Assembly (NCBI RefSeq): GCF_009914755.1
Contig: NC_060930.1
Direction: 5' to 3' (one strand)
Length of the DNA: 64,000 bases
Origin: the human T2T-CHM13v2.0 reference genome, Homo sapiens
Under the pieces are notes generated by a model that was not told where the DNA came from, searched no databases, and worked only from the letters and a program-made list of their open reading frames with translations. Position 1 is the stretch's first letter, and every line of letters begins with the position of its first letter. Position numbers and translations under genes: made by a program. This document shows, piece by piece, positions 1 to 12,509 of this stretch.

Positions 1-9
1 CACCAGTCT

Positions 10-110
10 TCAATAAGGGTCATCTTGGAAAAATAACTCATTCTAGGACTAGAGCAGGAAATATATAAGATCAGCTGGGAGTATCTTATAATACCAGAAA
101 ATGAGGAAAT

Positions 111-151
<41 letters not shown>

Positions 152-290
152 GATGGGGGTATGTCAAAACAAAAACAAACTGAAAAACAGGAGCTGACTG
201 AAAGAGTCTTATTGGCCAAAGTGGAAATCATATGTTCAAGAAAATAAGTAAGTATTGGATTATAACCCTTATTATTCATATCCAACAAGT
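10..290 (+). mobile_element. Old L1M (L1MC/MD-type) 3' region fragment
   Basis: ggccaaagtggaa...aaaataagtaagtattggattataaccc resembles the L1MC/MD 3' UTR; interrupted by (CA)n. Confidence 0.55.
112..149 (+). repeat. (CA)19 microsatellite
   Basis: Directly visible. Confidence 0.97.
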
Positions 291-1289
291 ATGTAAATTC
301 TATTTACAAAAATCTCTTAAATCTTGACCCTATTTGCTGTTATCTCTGCTGGGCTTTTAATTATCTCCCTCTAAATTATTATCATGGCCTCAGGACTGGG
401 ATCTTGCCTTCAGCCTTATCTACAGTTCACTGTATTTTGCAAAGTGACCCAGAGTCATCTTTTTAAGTGTAGTTCTCACCATGTTTCTCCTTTGCTTAAA
501 ATCTTTAAATGGTCCCTTACTACCTAAATTCTTTATCATTACCCTTCAAAATTTGATCCCAGATTACCTTGTTGGTGAATTCCACAATCTCCCTGACAGA
601 GCCCAGAAATCCTATAAGCCAGGACAAAAAAGACTGACACTGGAGAACTTCCAGAAGGTACCTCCTAAGAAACCTTAACTGACAGACACTCCAAGAGTAG
701 GTAGTGGAAAGAAAAGAGGGTTGGTGGAATGTTAAGCAAATTAGTAACAGGCAAACAATAAATATTACCTAGTTCAAGGCACAGAGTAAATGGGTAACAT
801 TCCATAAATGTTTATTGAACAGAACTGAAGTGGATCCAAAATGGCAGATAATGGATAAAAGGTCATTACAGCTTATGATCCTGTTCCTGGAAAAAATCAT
901 AATAATGTACTTTACATATAGCATGTGCTTAATACATTTTTCCTTGAAGTTCTTTTAGACTTTTGAAAATACTTCACATGGTGTATTTAAAATATCTGCA
1001 AAGTTTCCTTCATCCTTATTCTTCTTGCCTTCTCTACTGCTCTAGAAAGGTTAAATGTCATCAACATTATAGTACAGATTTTAATGGTCCACACTCACTG
1101 TTTTTTGATTTGTGAAATGTTGAAAAATATGAGAAAAAAATTTAAAAATGAAGAATTAACATTAAAATCTGAATTCCCTTAAAAATGGTAAGATGTGTAA
1201 CTCAGGAATTTCATTTCTGCACAATATTCAATGAGAACAGAGTGGCACTTGCAGCTGCCCAGATCTACTCTCTCACCTCTGTAGGCTTC

Positions 1290-1470
1290 TCAGTTTGAGT
1301 TAAACAGACTTTTATTTGAATCTTGGCTCTGCCAAGGTGGGTATATTATATAAATTCTCTCTACCCCAGTATTTTCAACTATAAAGTAGAGATAATCATA
1401 ATCACTCATCAATAAGTTTAGTATGAAGAATAAATGAAAAAATCTGCAAAGATTTTGAGCACAGAATAAT
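1290..1470 (+). mobile_element. MIR SINE
   Basis: Decayed MIR core: tttgaatcttggctctgcca...ctctctaccccagtattttcaactataaagtagagataat. Confidence 0.7.
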
Positions 1471-1565
1471 TACTTTATAAATTTTATTTGTTGAAAAATT
1501 ATGCTTTTGTTATCAAGTACAGAGTTAAAAAAATAAAAGTAGTGGTAGATTGGGAGAAACAAATA

Positions 1566-3200
1566 TAGACATATCTTGTTTTATTGGGCTTTACTCTATT
1601 GGGCTTTACGGTAATTTTGGTTTCTGCAAATTGATGGTTTGTGGGAACTCTGAGTGGAGCAAGGCTATCAACACAATTTTTCCAATAACATATGCTCACT
1701 TCATGTCTCTGTGTCACATTTGGGTAGTTCTCACAATATTTCCAACTATTTCGTTGTTATCGTATCTGTTATGGTGATCTGTGATCAGTCATCTTTGATG
1801 TTTTGGGGGTGCCACAATTCACATCCATATAAGATGGAGAACTTAATCAATAATGTTATATGTGTTCCGACTGCTCAATTCACTGGCCATTCCCCCATCT
1901 CTCTCCCTTTCTTCCAGCCTCCCTATTCTTTCATACACAACAATATTGAAATTAGGCCAATTAGTAACCCTACAATGGCTTCTAAGTATTCAAGTGAAAG
2001 GTAGAGCCAAATGTCTCTCGCTTTAAATCAAAAGCTAGAAATGATTCAGCTTAGTGGAGGAAGAAGGCATGCCAAAAGTCAAAACAGGATGAAAGCTAAG
2101 CCTCTTGCCCTAAACAATTAGCCAAGTTGTCAATGCAAAGGAAAAGTTCTTGAAGGAAACTAAAAATGCTACTCCAATAAACATATAAATGATAAGAAAG
2201 AGAAACATCCTTACTGCAGATATTGAGTGGTCAGGATAGATCAAAACAGCCACAAAATTCCCCAAAGCTCTCTTCACTTGTATGAAGGCTGAGAGAGGTG
2301 AGGAAGCTGCAGAAGAAAAACTGGAAACCAGCAGAAGTTAGTTCATGAGGTTTAAGGCAAGAAGCCATCTCTATAACATGAAAGTGTAAAATGAAGCAGC
2401 AAGTGCTGATATAGAAGCTGCAGCCAGTGATCCAGAAGATCTAGCTAAGATCATTGATGAAGGTGGCTGCCCTAAACAACAGATTTTTTAATTAGATACA
2501 ACAGCTTTATATTAGAATAAGATGCCAAATATAACTTCCATAGCTAGACAGAAGTCAATGCCTGGCTTCAAAACTTCAAATGATAGGCTGACTCTCCTGT
2601 TAGAGGCTAATGCAGCTGGTAACAAGTTGAAGCCAAGACTTATTTACCATTGCAAAAGTCCTAAGGACCTCAAGAATCATGCTAAATCTACTCTGCCTGT
2701 GCTCTATAAATGCAACAACAAAGCCTGAATGATAGCACATCTGTTTACAGCACAGTTTACTGAATATTTTAAGCCCACTATTGTGACTTACTGCTCAGAA
2801 AAAAGGATTCCTTTCAAAATATTTCTGCTCATTTACAAGGTTCCTGTAACCCAAGAGCTCTGATGGAGATGTTAATGGAAATTAATGTTGTTTTTATGCC
2901 TGCTAACACAACAACCATTCTGCAGCCCATGGATCAAGGAGTAATTCAACTTTCAGCTCTTATTATTTTTAAAAAGTATATTTTATGACTTATAGATTAC
3001 ATAGATAATAATTTATATGAAGGAGTTAGGCAAAGTAAATTGAAAACCTTCTGCAAATGAAGATTTTCCTTTTTATTCTAGTGCCATTAAGAACATTCAG
3101 GATTCATGAGAGGAGGTCAAAGTTTCAACATTAATAGAAGTTTGGAAGAAGTTGATTCCAACCCTCATGGATGAATTTGAGGGGTTCAAGGCTTTAGTCA
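1566..3200 (+). mobile_element. Tigger1 (TcMar-Tigger DNA transposon), 3'-truncated, dead transposase
   Basis: Starts after TA with a decayed TIR (tagacatatcttgttttattg). ORF remnant 2522-2728 [21 protein letters not shown]...[14 protein letters not shown] is pogo/TIGD1-like DDE transposase. Confidence 0.93.
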
Positions 3201-3201
3201 T

Positions 3202-3559
3202 TAATATGGCTTGGCTGTGTAGCCACCCAAATCTCATCTTGAATTGTAGTTCTCATAATCCCCATGTGTCATGGGAAGGATGCGGCGGGAGCTAATTGAA
3301 TCACAGGGATGGTTACCTCCATGCTGCTGTTCTTGTGATAAGTCAATGAGTTCTCACAAGATTTGATGGTTTTAAAAGGGGCTTTTCCCCCTTTTGCTTG
3401 GCACTTCTCCTTGCTGCCACCATGTGAAGAGGGACATGTTTGCTTCCCCATCTGCCATGATTGTAAGTTTCCTGAGGCCTCCCCAGCCAGGTGGAACTGT
3501 GAGTCAATTAAACCTCTTTCCTTTAGAAACTACCCAGTCTTGACTATGTCATTAATACA
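3202..3559 (+). mobile_element. THE1C-like MaLR 5' LTR inserted in Tigger1
   Basis: atatggcttggctgtgt..cacccaaatctcatcttgaattgtagt...ggggcttttcccccttttgcttggcacttctccttgctgcc...attaaacctctttcc...taataca. Confidence 0.9.
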
Positions 3560-4139
3560 GTAAACTGGTACCGGGAGTGCTGCTATGAAGATGCTCGAAA
3601 ATGTGGAAGCAGCTTTGGAACTGGGTAACAGGCAGAGGTTGGAACAATTTGGAGGGCTCAGAAGAAGACAGGAAAATGTAAGAAAGTTTGGAACTTCCTA
3701 GAGACTTGGAGGGCTCAGAAGACAGAAAGACGTGGGAAAGTTTGGAACTTCCTTGAGATTTGTTGAATGGCTTTGACCAAAATGCTGATACTGATACAGA
3801 CAATAAGGTCCAGGCTGAGGTGGTCTCAGATGGTGATGAGGAACTTGTTGAGAACTGGAGCAAAGGTAACTCTTGTTATGCTTCAGCAAAGAGACTGGCA
3901 GCATTTTGCCCCTGCCCTAGAGATCCGTGAAACTTTGAACTTGAGAGAGATGACTTAGGGTATCTGGCAGAAGAAATTTCTAAGTGGCAAAGCATTCAAG
4001 AGGAAGCAGAGCATAAAAGTTTGGAAAATTTGCAGCCTGATGATGCAATAGCAAAGGAAAACCCATTTTCTGAAGAGAAATTCAAGCCAGCTACAGAAAT
4101 TTGCATAAGAAACAAAGAGCCAATGTTAATCACCCAAGA
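3560..4139 (+). mobile_element. THE1 internal sequence, truncated (rest of internal region and 3' LTR missing)
   Basis: gtaaactggtacc...tttggaactgggtaacaggcagaggttggaac...ggagggctcagaagaagacagg directly follows the LTR and stops abruptly at cacccaaga. Confidence 0.9.
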
Positions 4140-4567
4140 ATCCTGGTTCCATATTTGTCTCCATCCATATTCTATTTTATATTGGCATTAGATAAGTTAG
4201 TATCAACTTAGAATATTTAAAAAGTAACAATAATATTACCTACATTGAACAGCACACTTAACTAATTTTTTTCTATGTTTGGCAAAATTGACTGCAATTT
4301 TAAAAGTTTTGTTACGTGAGCAATCTAAATAAATAAGCCAAGATAGTATGAACATAGTTCTATTCCTTAGATAATAAAATAAAACATAGAAATAATAAAA
4401 ATAACTTTTAAAATAATATAATTTGTCTATGTCCAAAGAGTGGTTCAATAATGTATAGCTTTTTAAATATATATTCTTTATCTTTATTCCACAAAGCAAA
4501 ATTATAACATTTGCTTGAAAACGCAATGTTGTATTTTTCTGCCTACAAGTGGAAAAACAATGGAAAT

Positions 4568-4742
4568 TATTGCTATGCTATTTAACAATATTTTACACTG
4601 CTCTTAATTATGTGTCATGAACTCTTATTTTCACATAGACCATGTGACTATTGCTATGCTATTTACCAATATTTTACACTGCTCTTACTTATGCATCATG
4701 AACCTTTTAATATGCATGTAACCTCTTTTCACCTAGACCATG
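4568..4742 (+). repeat. Two-copy tandem duplication, period ~81 bp
   Basis: tattgctatgctattta[a/c]caatattttacactgctctta occurs at 4568 and 4649; both copies end ttttcac[a/c]tagaccatg. Confidence 0.93.
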
Positions 4743-4955
4743 GGAGTATAAAGAGCAGTTACCAGAAGACCTTGGCTGGGTTCCTGGTTCTGAGAGTCAT
4801 TTGGGGAAAATCACTTAATCTCTTTCAATTTCATTTTCTTCATCATAAAATAGAGCTCACCATAAATGTTACAACATTGTTATAAGAACTAAAGGACATA
4901 TTATATGAGAAAGTGATTCACAACCTGCAATGTATTACACACATTAGCAATTATT
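4743..4955 (+). mobile_element. MIR SINE
   Basis: gggttcctggttctg...ttggggaaaatcacttaatctctttcaatttcattttcttcatcataaaatag. Confidence 0.7.
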
Positions 4956-6329
4956 TTCTTTGTTATTCTTAATAAATTATTTTCCCAATTATTTCCAGTA
5001 AATTTTACCTCCAAGCTATGCTTTTTAACTCTAATTCTGCTATAAGTGTGTTTAATATATTCTCTTAAAGTTTTATTTATAGATAATGCATATAACTACC
5101 ATAGGCATAATGCACTTTTGAAAATAAAGCAAACAAAATAGTTAAGCCAACTGTTCAATATAGGCAATATTACTGTTACTTTTTAAATATTCAAAGTTGA
5201 TTCTAATGATCTAATGCCAATATAAAATACAATATGGATGGAGATAAATATGGAACCAGGATTCTTTTATAGGATCCAAGATCAAGGTTAGGCCACATTT
5301 GTTTAACATTCATTAGCTCTCATAGACCATTGAAAAATGTATAAAAACACATCTTCACCTTTCCAGATTTTGATTCTTGAAGCAGTGGCAGCCAATATCA
5401 GCATGGGCAGAAATTAATCATAGGAGATTAGAGACTCTGTCTTATTCTGTGTGTGTGTGTGTTTGTGTATGCATGCGTGCACACCATTCTTCACAACTAG
5501 GAAGTGACCCACAGGTAACTTAAGGATAATGTGTCAGAAACTATTATCTTCTAACCAATGACCCTTCCACAGTGTGATCATCAAGAGATGTTACCTGATA
5601 AAGATTGGAGCCAGCTCAAGGTTACGTAGTCTGTTATCATTGTAGCATGTCCCTTGGGATAATGGAAGGCATGTGGCTTAGTTGACTGGGTTGAGTGCAT
5701 GAAAAGGAAGGAAGAGGCACCATACACATCTTGAAAAAGGGAGAAGCTTACACAATTTTCAACAGGGTCACAAACGAAGATGAAGAGTGAGCACTGCATC
5801 AACCTGATGCCTAGGCCAGCAGAAATACAACACACTTCATGATTCAAAAACAGCCCGTGTGTTCCTGCTTCCTTTTATCCTGGATTTATAGGGCATCTAA
5901 AGAAACTTAATGATATCTGAATAGCTCCCTCACAATCCACATGTTCTGGCAGGGGGAAGGTAGAAAGGAATGGACTATGCTGGGCAGAGAGCAAAGCATG
6001 GGAAAGGTTTAAATGTTCTCTGGTGTTGGGAGTGCCCCTCCAGCTGTTTCATCTGAGACAAAGGGGCCTGGAGAGACACTTGTTTAATGGCTGGTGCTTC
6101 CATTTGTGCACAGAAATCAATTGCTTTTCTCCTAGTCTTCACTCAAAACTTCTCATTCAAAATAACTAAAAGTTGGTTGCCCCTGTTTTTTTTTTTCTTT
6201 CCATCATCTCGCTACTGTGACTGAAATGTATGATTTAAGTATGGTATTAACTAGGGAAGGAATTCTAATGGTGAGGAGTCAGGAGTGAAGACATGGTTAG
6301 TTCATAGCCACATAATCTTCCCCCAGATA

Positions 6330-6500
6330 ATTTATGTATGTATGTTTGTAGTTCCACAAATATTTACTGAGCGCCTACTAAATGCCAAGCTCTGTTTGAG
6401 GCCCAATGGACCCATCAGAGAAGACAAAGACTCTTCCCTCATGGAGCTCATATTTCAGCGAAGGAGACAGAAGATTAACATATATATATATACACATATA

Positions 6501-6532
<32 letters not shown>

Positions 6533-7400
6533 GTGATAGGTGCTATGAAAAAAAAACTGAGCATGGTACAGAAACAGAAAAAGAAAAAGGTTGAAGGGGC
6601 AATTTAGATCTGGAAGGGCAGGGATGGCATCTCTGATAAAATGACATTTGTGCCAGGACTTAAATGAAGTGATAAAATCAACCATGTTAATATCTATGGG
6701 AGGAACGTTCCAGGAAAATGGGTTAGCAAGGGCAAAGTTCTGCAATGGCAGTGAGTTTGCCGTTCTAAGAAACTATAAGACAGCTAGTGTGTGTGAAGAG
6801 GAATGAGAGAGAAGGAGCACAGTAGAGAACAAATTTGGAGAAGAAACCAGATCAAGAAGGACAGTAAAGGTTGTAATAAAGAATGTTTATTTGATCTAAT
6901 TATATATTAGGAAAAGTTTTAAGGACTTTGAGCTATTGTGCAAAGAACTGACTGTAGGAAGTCAATATGGAATTTCACAGAAGGACCAGTTTGGAAGCTC
7001 TGAATCCTTTAGTTGAGAAAAGATGGTAACTTAGACTATGGTGGCAAAGCAGAAAAAACAGAAAAAATAATTCCAATTCTGGATATATCTTGGGATATGC
7101 TCAAAAGAAGTGTATGAGAAAGACAGAAATCAAGGAGAACTCACAAATGGACAATAGGTGAATAGTGATTCTTCTCACTGAGATGGGGACAACGTGAAGG
7201 AGTGTAGTTAGAGGAGGAAAATCAGTGATTCTGTGTTGAACATATTAAGTTAGATGTCTACTATACAACCAAGCAGAAATGCCAATTAGGCAAGTGGATA
7301 TATTGATCTGAGTTCAGGGGAGATCAGCACTGGAGATAGAAATTTGGGATTCATTAATATTTAGATATTACTAAGAATTATGAGAGTGAATAGCAACATT
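6330..7400 (-). mobile_element. L2 LINE 3' portion, containing (TG)n at ~6504-6532
   Basis: cacaaatatttactgagcgcctactaaatgccaagc is the reverse-complemented L2 3' end, followed by typical purine-rich L2 antisense body. Confidence 0.85.
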
Positions 7401-8200
7401 AAAAGAAAATGATTCTATGTTTTCAATGAATATTCATTTGAAATGAATGTAGAAATCCAGTAGAAATGGTTTTTCGATTTTATAGAAACTACAACTCAGG
7501 ATGTATGAGTATTGAAGATGAATGCTGGAAATAATACTGGTGTGAATCACAAATACTACACAGCCTCTGACTAACCCGCTATCAAAATATGAGGGCCCTC
7601 AGATAGAAACAAAGGGAGTGCTTATCTCTGACTAAAACACTAAGTCAGGTAAGAATAGAAAATGAGGAGCTGAACTTCCACTTAACCTCAGGGCAAAAGC
7701 AGCTGAAGGTGGCTACTGTGATTATTGTGATGGTGGTTCTGTATTGTACCCTCATATTGCAATTTGTGAAGGCAAACTGCTTTATAATTGACTTCAGTAA
7801 TCCATCACAACCTACTCCATTTATGTGTCTTTTGGTCTTTTTTATTATCCTCATCATGGGTTTCAATGTGTAAGCCACTTTGATTCCCCTTAGAACATAA
7901 ATCATAAATATAAATGCTTTATAATAAGAAAGTTGTGTCCATTAATAGGGAAACGGTACTGGTTTAACTTTATCAGTGAAGAGTAGAGGCCTAGGGAAAT
8001 TCATTCTCCCATATTATTTAACAACGAAACAATGAAAGTGTGGAATGTTCAGATTCCAACAGGTCAGTGTCAAGGCTGGGATACTGCCTCCATCAACTCT
8101 ATGTTTCTCATATCCCAAGTCATAGCCACCCATAACATGCAGCAAACAATAGCTTCTCTGAATCACATGTGCCTCTGGCTCTGTTTTGTCATTTAGGTAA

Positions 8201-8710
8201 TGTGCTTGTTAATTTTGCACTATTTGACTGGGTTACAGGGTACCCAGATAGAGGGTAAAAAACATTATTTCTGGATATGTCTCCAGAAAAGATTATTATT
8301 TGAATCAATAAACTGAGTAAAGAAGGTTCACCCTCACTAATGAGGGCTGGCATCATCCAAGCCATTGAGGGCCTGAATAGAACAAAAGGCAGAGTAAGGG
8401 CAAATTCTCTCTCTCCTCTGAGGCCAAGACTTCATCTTCTCCTGCCAATGGACATAGAAGCTCTTGTTTCTTAGGGCTTTGGACTCTGGGCCTTATACCA
8501 GTGACACATTCTCACCATCACTATCACCCCCCACCCCAGATTCTCAGGACTCAGACTGAATGACATCACTGGCTTCCCTGGTTCTCTGACTTGCAGACAG
8601 CCAATGGTGAGAATTCTTGGCCTCTATAATTGTATGAGCCAGTTCTCATAATAAATATATATTGGTTCTCTTTTTGGTTCTGTTTCTCTAGAGGACCCTT
8701 AACCAATACA
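8201..8710 (+). mobile_element. MLT2 (ERVL) solo LTR, MLT2B/D-like
   Basis: tgtg..gttaatttt...catcatccaagccattgagggcctgaatagaacaaaaggcagag...ggttctgtttctctagaggacccttaaccaataca. Confidence 0.88.
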
Positions 8711-9139
8711 AGTCGACTGCCTTAACCTCACTCCTCTGTCACAAACATATTGTGTTCTCAGGAAACATCCCCTCCCTAGAAAGTTACACTGTGGATCCCA
8801 GGTGAGTCTCTTTTCACTCCCTGCCATCACGCCCTTACCTAGGACATCATCCAAGCCTTGGGCCTGTATGAGTCCTGGAGTTCTGCTTCCTGGAAGATGT
8901 TCAGATTTTAAAATCACAGGGCAATTACTTTTTGTAAAGATGATGGAGATTTTATAACATAATAAGATCAAAACATTAAAATTACAATTCACTCAAAAAT
9001 GAATTCCTTCAGCATTCAGAAATGTTAGCCTGAAATTCACAAGGACAATGATGTTATTAATCTCTTTCACTGCTCCATGATCAGCATCTGGCAGTGTGTC
9101 CAGCACATTGTAGGCCATCAACTAAATGGACACTGTGGC

Positions 9140-9385
9140 ATCACAGAGGCAGGGGATAGTGGTTGAAAGTACAGACGCTGGAGTCAGATCACCTGGGACA
9201 AACTGTATCTCTGCCCCTCGCTTGCTGTGTGGTTTTGGAAGCTTGCCTAACCACTCTATAAACCAGTGTCCTGACCTGTAGGAACACATAGTTCCTATGT
9301 CAGAAGATTTTTATGAGATTCAATAAGCCACTACACAAATAAAAGAATGTGGTAAACCCTCAATGTGTTTTTGATGTTAATGATG
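9140..9385 (+). mobile_element. MIR SINE
   Basis: atagtggttgaaagtacagacgctggagtcaga...gctgtgtggttttggaagcttgcctaacc. Confidence 0.75.
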
Positions 9386-9474
9386 AATTACTTAAGAATT
9401 TAGAATGTTATGTGTGGAATAAGTTAAAATCCTAGCCTCTCCATGTAGTCCATCATTAAAATTAGTACTTTAAT

Positions 9475-10018
9475 AATTAATAAATCGATCATTATTAACA
9501 TTTTTTAAATCAATAAATTGCCATTTATTCTACAGTGTGCTCTTCTAGCTTTGGTCTTTGTCAATGAATTTAGTGAATCTCCCGACCCTGATTTCCTCTG
9601 GCAAACTTGAATATCTGGAAATGTGGAAACCTTAACAGCAAACAGTGAACTGTAATGATAACATGATATCCCTCTCTGAGATATGTGCAAAGCTTCAGGC
9701 AGCTGTTTCTGTGTCTTTCCTGTTTCTCTCCTATAAATTCCATGACCTTTATAGGTGTGTTGAAATTAGAAAAGTTAGAAGTATTGTTGGTAAGTTCACT
9801 GCTCCCAACTTTCAAAGAGAAAGTTATCATCTGTTATCAAGGTTTACTATTTGCTATTCACATTTCCATGTTCCAAGATACTCAAGTTTGCCAGAGAAAA
9901 TCGGGGTCAAGAGATTCACTAAATTTATTGATATAGACCAAAGCTAGAAGAGTTTGCTGTAGAATAAATGACAGTTTATTAATTTATAAAATTGTGAATA
10001 ATGACCAAATTATTAATT
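9475..10018. repeat. Long palindrome: arms ~9475-9680 and ~9812-10018, loop ~130 bp; probable ancient non-autonomous DNA element
   Basis: ctcttctagctttggtct..tcaatgaatttagtgaatctcccgaccctgatttcctctggcaaacttga is mirrored at ~9870-9952. ORFs 9505..9690(-) and 9685..9936(+) share QVCQRKSGS.DSLN. Confidence 0.95.
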
Positions 10019-12509
10019 TCTAATAAACAAAATAAAAACTACCCAGTAGACAAAATAATTGTGATCAGTTATGTTTTCAAAATTAGAAAAAATCTACATA
10101 AAAAGCAAGTTATAGTAAGAAAATTTTTGTTTCTTTTTTTCTTTTCTGTTTTCTTTAGGGATGGCTTGGAAACAGAGCATATTGGTTACTTTGATTAATG
10201 GCTGATGATATTAAAACAGCATAGCCTGATACATCCCTCACAACTGCAAAGATAAACCTGAATAATAGTTTTAGTTGCAAACACACATATCCCCCTGGCT
10301 TCCATACTTATATACTGGAGAAACGTGGACAATATCTTACTCTTTCTGGCCTTTTGTTTTTATTTATTTGGAGGGAAAGGAAGATGGATTTAGTTTATAA
10401 GACCATCTGAGTGACTTATGACAGTGATTGTATATAACTTTTCTAGTTACTTACATTCTCATAATGCCTTCTTCCTATTTCATCCAAATGACTTTGATTG
10501 AACTTTGACTTCCCAAATCTCCTCTGCTTATCTGTTAAAAAACAATAATAAGTAGGTCCGAATCTATTTATTTTTTTTTCAATTTTCCTTCAAACTTGGA
10601 GGCGGGGTAGGGCGAGATCTTACTTTTATCCCCGTGTAGTGAACACCAGATATTTCCAGAAAGCTTATAATCTAAAATTTAGTTCCCAGCCACTTCGAAA
10701 GTAAGTACATTTATTACATCTATTCTATTTTGCGTATTTGGGGTCGTACATGGGCCTCATTCATTGTTTAAATGGTGATGCAAGTTCTTTGTACTGAGTT
10801 AACAAGGGTCATGATTACGGAATACAGAGATTTTAGCAGAGATGTATTTCAACACATCTTTTCTTCAGCATTTTCTATCAGTAATGAAGAGATAGATGCT
10901 GTCCATTTAGAAGCATAGAACTAAAATGTTTTCCAAGAAACATCTCCAAAATGGTAAAGTTCAAATAGGTGAGATGTCATCCTTGGCTACGTGCTAACTC
11001 CACTTTCCAGTAAAGGGCAAATGTCTCACACAATTAACAAAGATTCCATCAAGCCCATAAAACGCCAGCCACTTTCAAATTGCCAGGAGATCTTTGGATT
11101 CTCTTCTGATTTTTTTTCCATTTAATTTTCTTCAGACATCCTAATACTATGGTGGAAAAGACAAATTAGTCTAATGCAGGATACTATAAAATGTTCAATT
11201 ACTTCAAAAAGATATGGCCATTTCCCAAAGGAAGGAATTTAATCAAAACTAGATCAAAATGGGAAAATGGATGACAGAATATGTAAATATTCTAACATAT
11301 TTGAAGTTAAAGAAGACTTTACAAAAAGGCTTTAAAAATGAATATATCAGAGTAGATGTACAAACACTTAGAAGCATACAGTTTGTCCATCACCTAGTGG
11401 GATTTTAATGTTCAGATTTTACCGTCTAATATGACAGAATCTCTCAGACTTCAGTTTTATGTAAGGATGAATTTAATATTTAGAATATTTCCCATTAGTG
11501 GAAATTTTGTAAGTATCACAGCTTTTCAAAAATCTCCTTATAGTTCAACATATGAATCTGTAATAATTTTAAATTGTCTTTTTTCTAAACAAAAATTATT
11601 ATGAAACAAAAACATTACAGAGGTCCAACTTATTTTACATGGCCTTTCTTTTAAATATTATTTTTAAAACCATTCGCTGAGATCTCTGTTTAACCACCAA
11701 ATCTAGAATAATTGTAGAGACTTAAATAAGGAAAATGTTCACATATCCAAAAACAGTATGAATTTTACTGTTATTTCTCAATTGTGTTTCTGTGTATTCT
11801 TTAGACATCTGTTATGTTTCAAAGATCAGACATATCCTTAGTGTGCAAATCCATGTAAATATCCTCATCCTATAAGATTGCCTACTTACCAAAAATAACA
11901 ACAATAAATATGTTATTAAGTTGTTCATTAATCTTGAGACCTCCTATGGCATACATTTTTTTAAAAAGCCAAGAATTATTAACTGAATGTCAAAGGCCGG
12001 AAAGAGCAATGGGGGATGTTTCCAGTTTCAGGTATCAATGAGAATCAAAATGAAATGTAAACAGTATCAGATATTGTAACTCATTACCTATGTAACAATT
12101 TGGGAATAAACCACACTTTTCAGATATCAACTCTACAGAAAAGCAGTGTGAGGTAGGTTTTGATGTGGCACCCCTGCTTTTGATGACAGGTCTGTCTCAG
12201 AGCCATGTTATATGGGGTTGGGCCAGTTACTTAACCCATAATACAGTGCATGGTAAGAGCTGAACTTCATAATGATTATTCCAAATTACAATAAAAGTAA
12301 ACATGTTTTAACATTCTACCTGTGAGGGCAGGAGAAAAGAAAATTAGTGCTTTTAATAAGTAAGGAACATTTTAAATCACTGAGAATAATATTATCAAAT
12401 ATTGGAAAAACAGACAAAAGAAAAGGAATGAACTAGTTTAAAAAGAAGTACAAAGAACTAAAAGTCTTCACTTTTACCAGTGACCAAACATGTTTATATT
12501 TATTGTACC

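Larger units (their letters stand above)
4136..5266. repeat. Inverted repeat, arms 4136-4264 and 5139-5266 (~90% identical)
   Basis: aagaatcctggttccatattt[g/a]tctccatccatatt... is the reverse complement of ...aatatggatggagataaatatggaaccaggattctt; about 13 differences in 129 nt by hand alignment. Confidence 0.95.

Noticed and set aside
2522-2728. TIGD1/pogo-like transposase peptide as a domesticated gene
   Set aside because: Bounded by stops and frameshifts within a truncated Tigger1 fossil.
3197-3557. gtcattaata present at both ends of the THE1C LTR
   Set aside because: 10-bp AT-rich match overlapping the LTR termini; does not fit a 5-bp MaLR TSD because internal sequence follows. Probably coincidence.
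3650-3760. ~55-bp internal duplication (ggagggctcagaaga...gtttggaacttcct)
   Set aside because: As recalled, a standard feature of THE1C/D internal consensus rather than locus-specific.
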